Source of the DNA: an uncultured Candidatus Saccharibacteria bacterium
GTDB lineage: Bacteria > Patescibacteriota > Dojkabacteria > J137 > JAEUSD01
NCBI GenBank assembly: GCA_964351125.1
Contig: CAYGMI010000007.1
Coordinates: 1-25,158 of the forward strand
Reading direction: 5' to 3'
DNA: 25,158 nucleotides
Below the pieces are notes generated by a model that was not told where the DNA came from, did not search any database, and saw nothing but the letters and a program-made list of their open reading frames with translations. This document shows positions 24,400 to 25,158 of the stretch, in pieces. The translations under genes were made by a program, and so were the position numbers. Within the stretch, counting starts at the first letter, position 1. Each line of letters starts with the position of its first letter.

Positions 24400-25122
24400 A
24401 TGACCGACATGGTGGAAATACTTAATCAAATATCTAATCTTGGACTCGAAGAAAAAGAAGCCCAAGTTTATCTCGCATTGCTTCAATACTCCGAGGTCTC
24501 GATCCTAGAACTGAGTAAGACAACAGGGATCCCTAGAAGTAGTATGTATCGAGTTGTGGACAACCTTAAATCTGGTGGATTCGTGTATGAAGTTGAATCG
24601 TCTGACACCATAAAAGCTATCAAACCCGACTCACTATCCCATCTAGTGGAAAATAAACAACTAGAAGTAGAGCTCATTGAGCAAACATTAGCATCGCTTG
24701 AGGAATCCATCAAAGATATTGCTCCTATAAGTCTAATTCAAGAGAAAGTATCAAACCTAGAAGGTATCCAAACAAACCTCAAGTCAATGCTTGAGGATTG
24801 CCAGAACAACGCTCTGAAGATACTTGTTTCACACCGGCTCAAACTTAGTGATGTAGTCTCTAATAAATTGATAGAGCTATCAGCAGCAACACAGACCAAA
24901 ATTCAAATACTCTACTCAGGAAATAAAATAATCGATAGTAGTTCCAATTTATCAATCAGAAACCCAGTGATCAAAATATATGGATTTCAGGCCATATCTG
25001 ACAATCAATTCCTAAACGTGTTCCAACTGGATAAATCTATTTCCGGGTTCAAAATATCTAACAACATGCTTGCCGAAACCGAAAGAGTTAAATTCAATAT
25101 TATTTGGCAACAGGCGCAGTAG
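24400..25122 (+). CDS. TrmB-family HTH transcriptional regulator
   Basis: LGLEEKEAQVYLALL..ELSKTTGIPRSSMYRVVDNL..GFV is a TrmB HTH pattern. Start chosen at 24400; 24385 and 24409 are alternatives. Confidence 0.8.
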   Translation: MTDMVEILNQISNLGLEEKEAQVYLALLQYSEVSILELSKTTGIPRSSMYRVVDNLKSGGFVYEVESSDTIKAIKPDSLSHLVENKQLEVELIEQTLASLEESIKDIAPISLIQEKVSNLEGIQTNLKSMLEDCQNNALKILVSHRLKLSDVVSNKLIELSAATQTKIQILYSGNKIIDSSSNLSIRNPVIKIYGFQAISDNQFLNVFQLDKSISGFKISNNMLAETERVKFNIIWQQAQ

Positions 25123-25134
25123 TGATATACAAGC

Positions 25135-25158
25135 AAAACCGCCACCCTTTCGGGTGGC
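25135..25158. terminator. Intrinsic terminator hairpin, truncated by the window end
   Basis: GCCACCC (25141-25147) TTTC GGGTGGC (25152-25158), preceded by AAAACC, which could extend the stem or form the minus-strand U-tract. Confidence 0.65.

Noticed and set aside
2333-24713. Remaining short ORFs nested in or antisense to annotated genes (e.g. 2600-2980, 6166-6498, 14565-14852, 21076-21543, 24483-24713)
   Set aside because: Fully overlapped by well-supported genes; Ser/Ile-rich antisense composition and no motifs.
1-25158. CRISPR array, rRNA, IS element or defence system
   Set aside because: No regularly spaced repeats, rRNA-like sequence, transposase or recognisable defence genes. A C-terminal nuclease fusion on the helicase cannot be judged because the gene leaves the window.

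Overview
Gene-dense, AT-rich (roughly 35-40% GC in the lines I counted) bacterial chromosomal segment. The gene content (RRM protein, membrane-anchored DsbA, TrmB-type regulator, ferric-reductase/FNR fusion, LDH), near-absence of Shine-Dalgarno sites and tightly packed or overlapping genes suggest a genome-reduced Patescibacteria/CPR organism, possibly Dojkabacteria (WS6). This taxonomy is inference only. In order: a UvrD/PcrA helicase running off the left edge; a higher-GC islet of two secreted, acidic proteins with no lysine in the mature chains; an MBL hydrolase; a MraY homolog whose three catalytic Asp are all substituted; an RRM protein; DsbA; tRNA-Gln(CUG); a five-gene carotenoid-glycoside cluster (CrtYc/d-type lycopene cyclase, GT2, CruF hydratase, crtB, crtI); ldh; DUF1761; prfB without a frameshift; an alpha/beta hydrolase; rsmA; an unknown bitopic protein; a surface deacetylase; a Gfh1-like Gre homolog; an orphan OmpR regulator; a P-type II ATPase; a ferric-reductase/FNR protein; and a TrmB regulator. 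Most interesting: the carotenoid glycoside pathway in a probable CPR genome, the rewired MraY, the lysine-free secreted-protein islet, and a recurring TAnnnT hexamer 5-7 nt before start codons that points to widespread leaderless transcription. No CRISPR array, rRNA, integrase or transposase was found.
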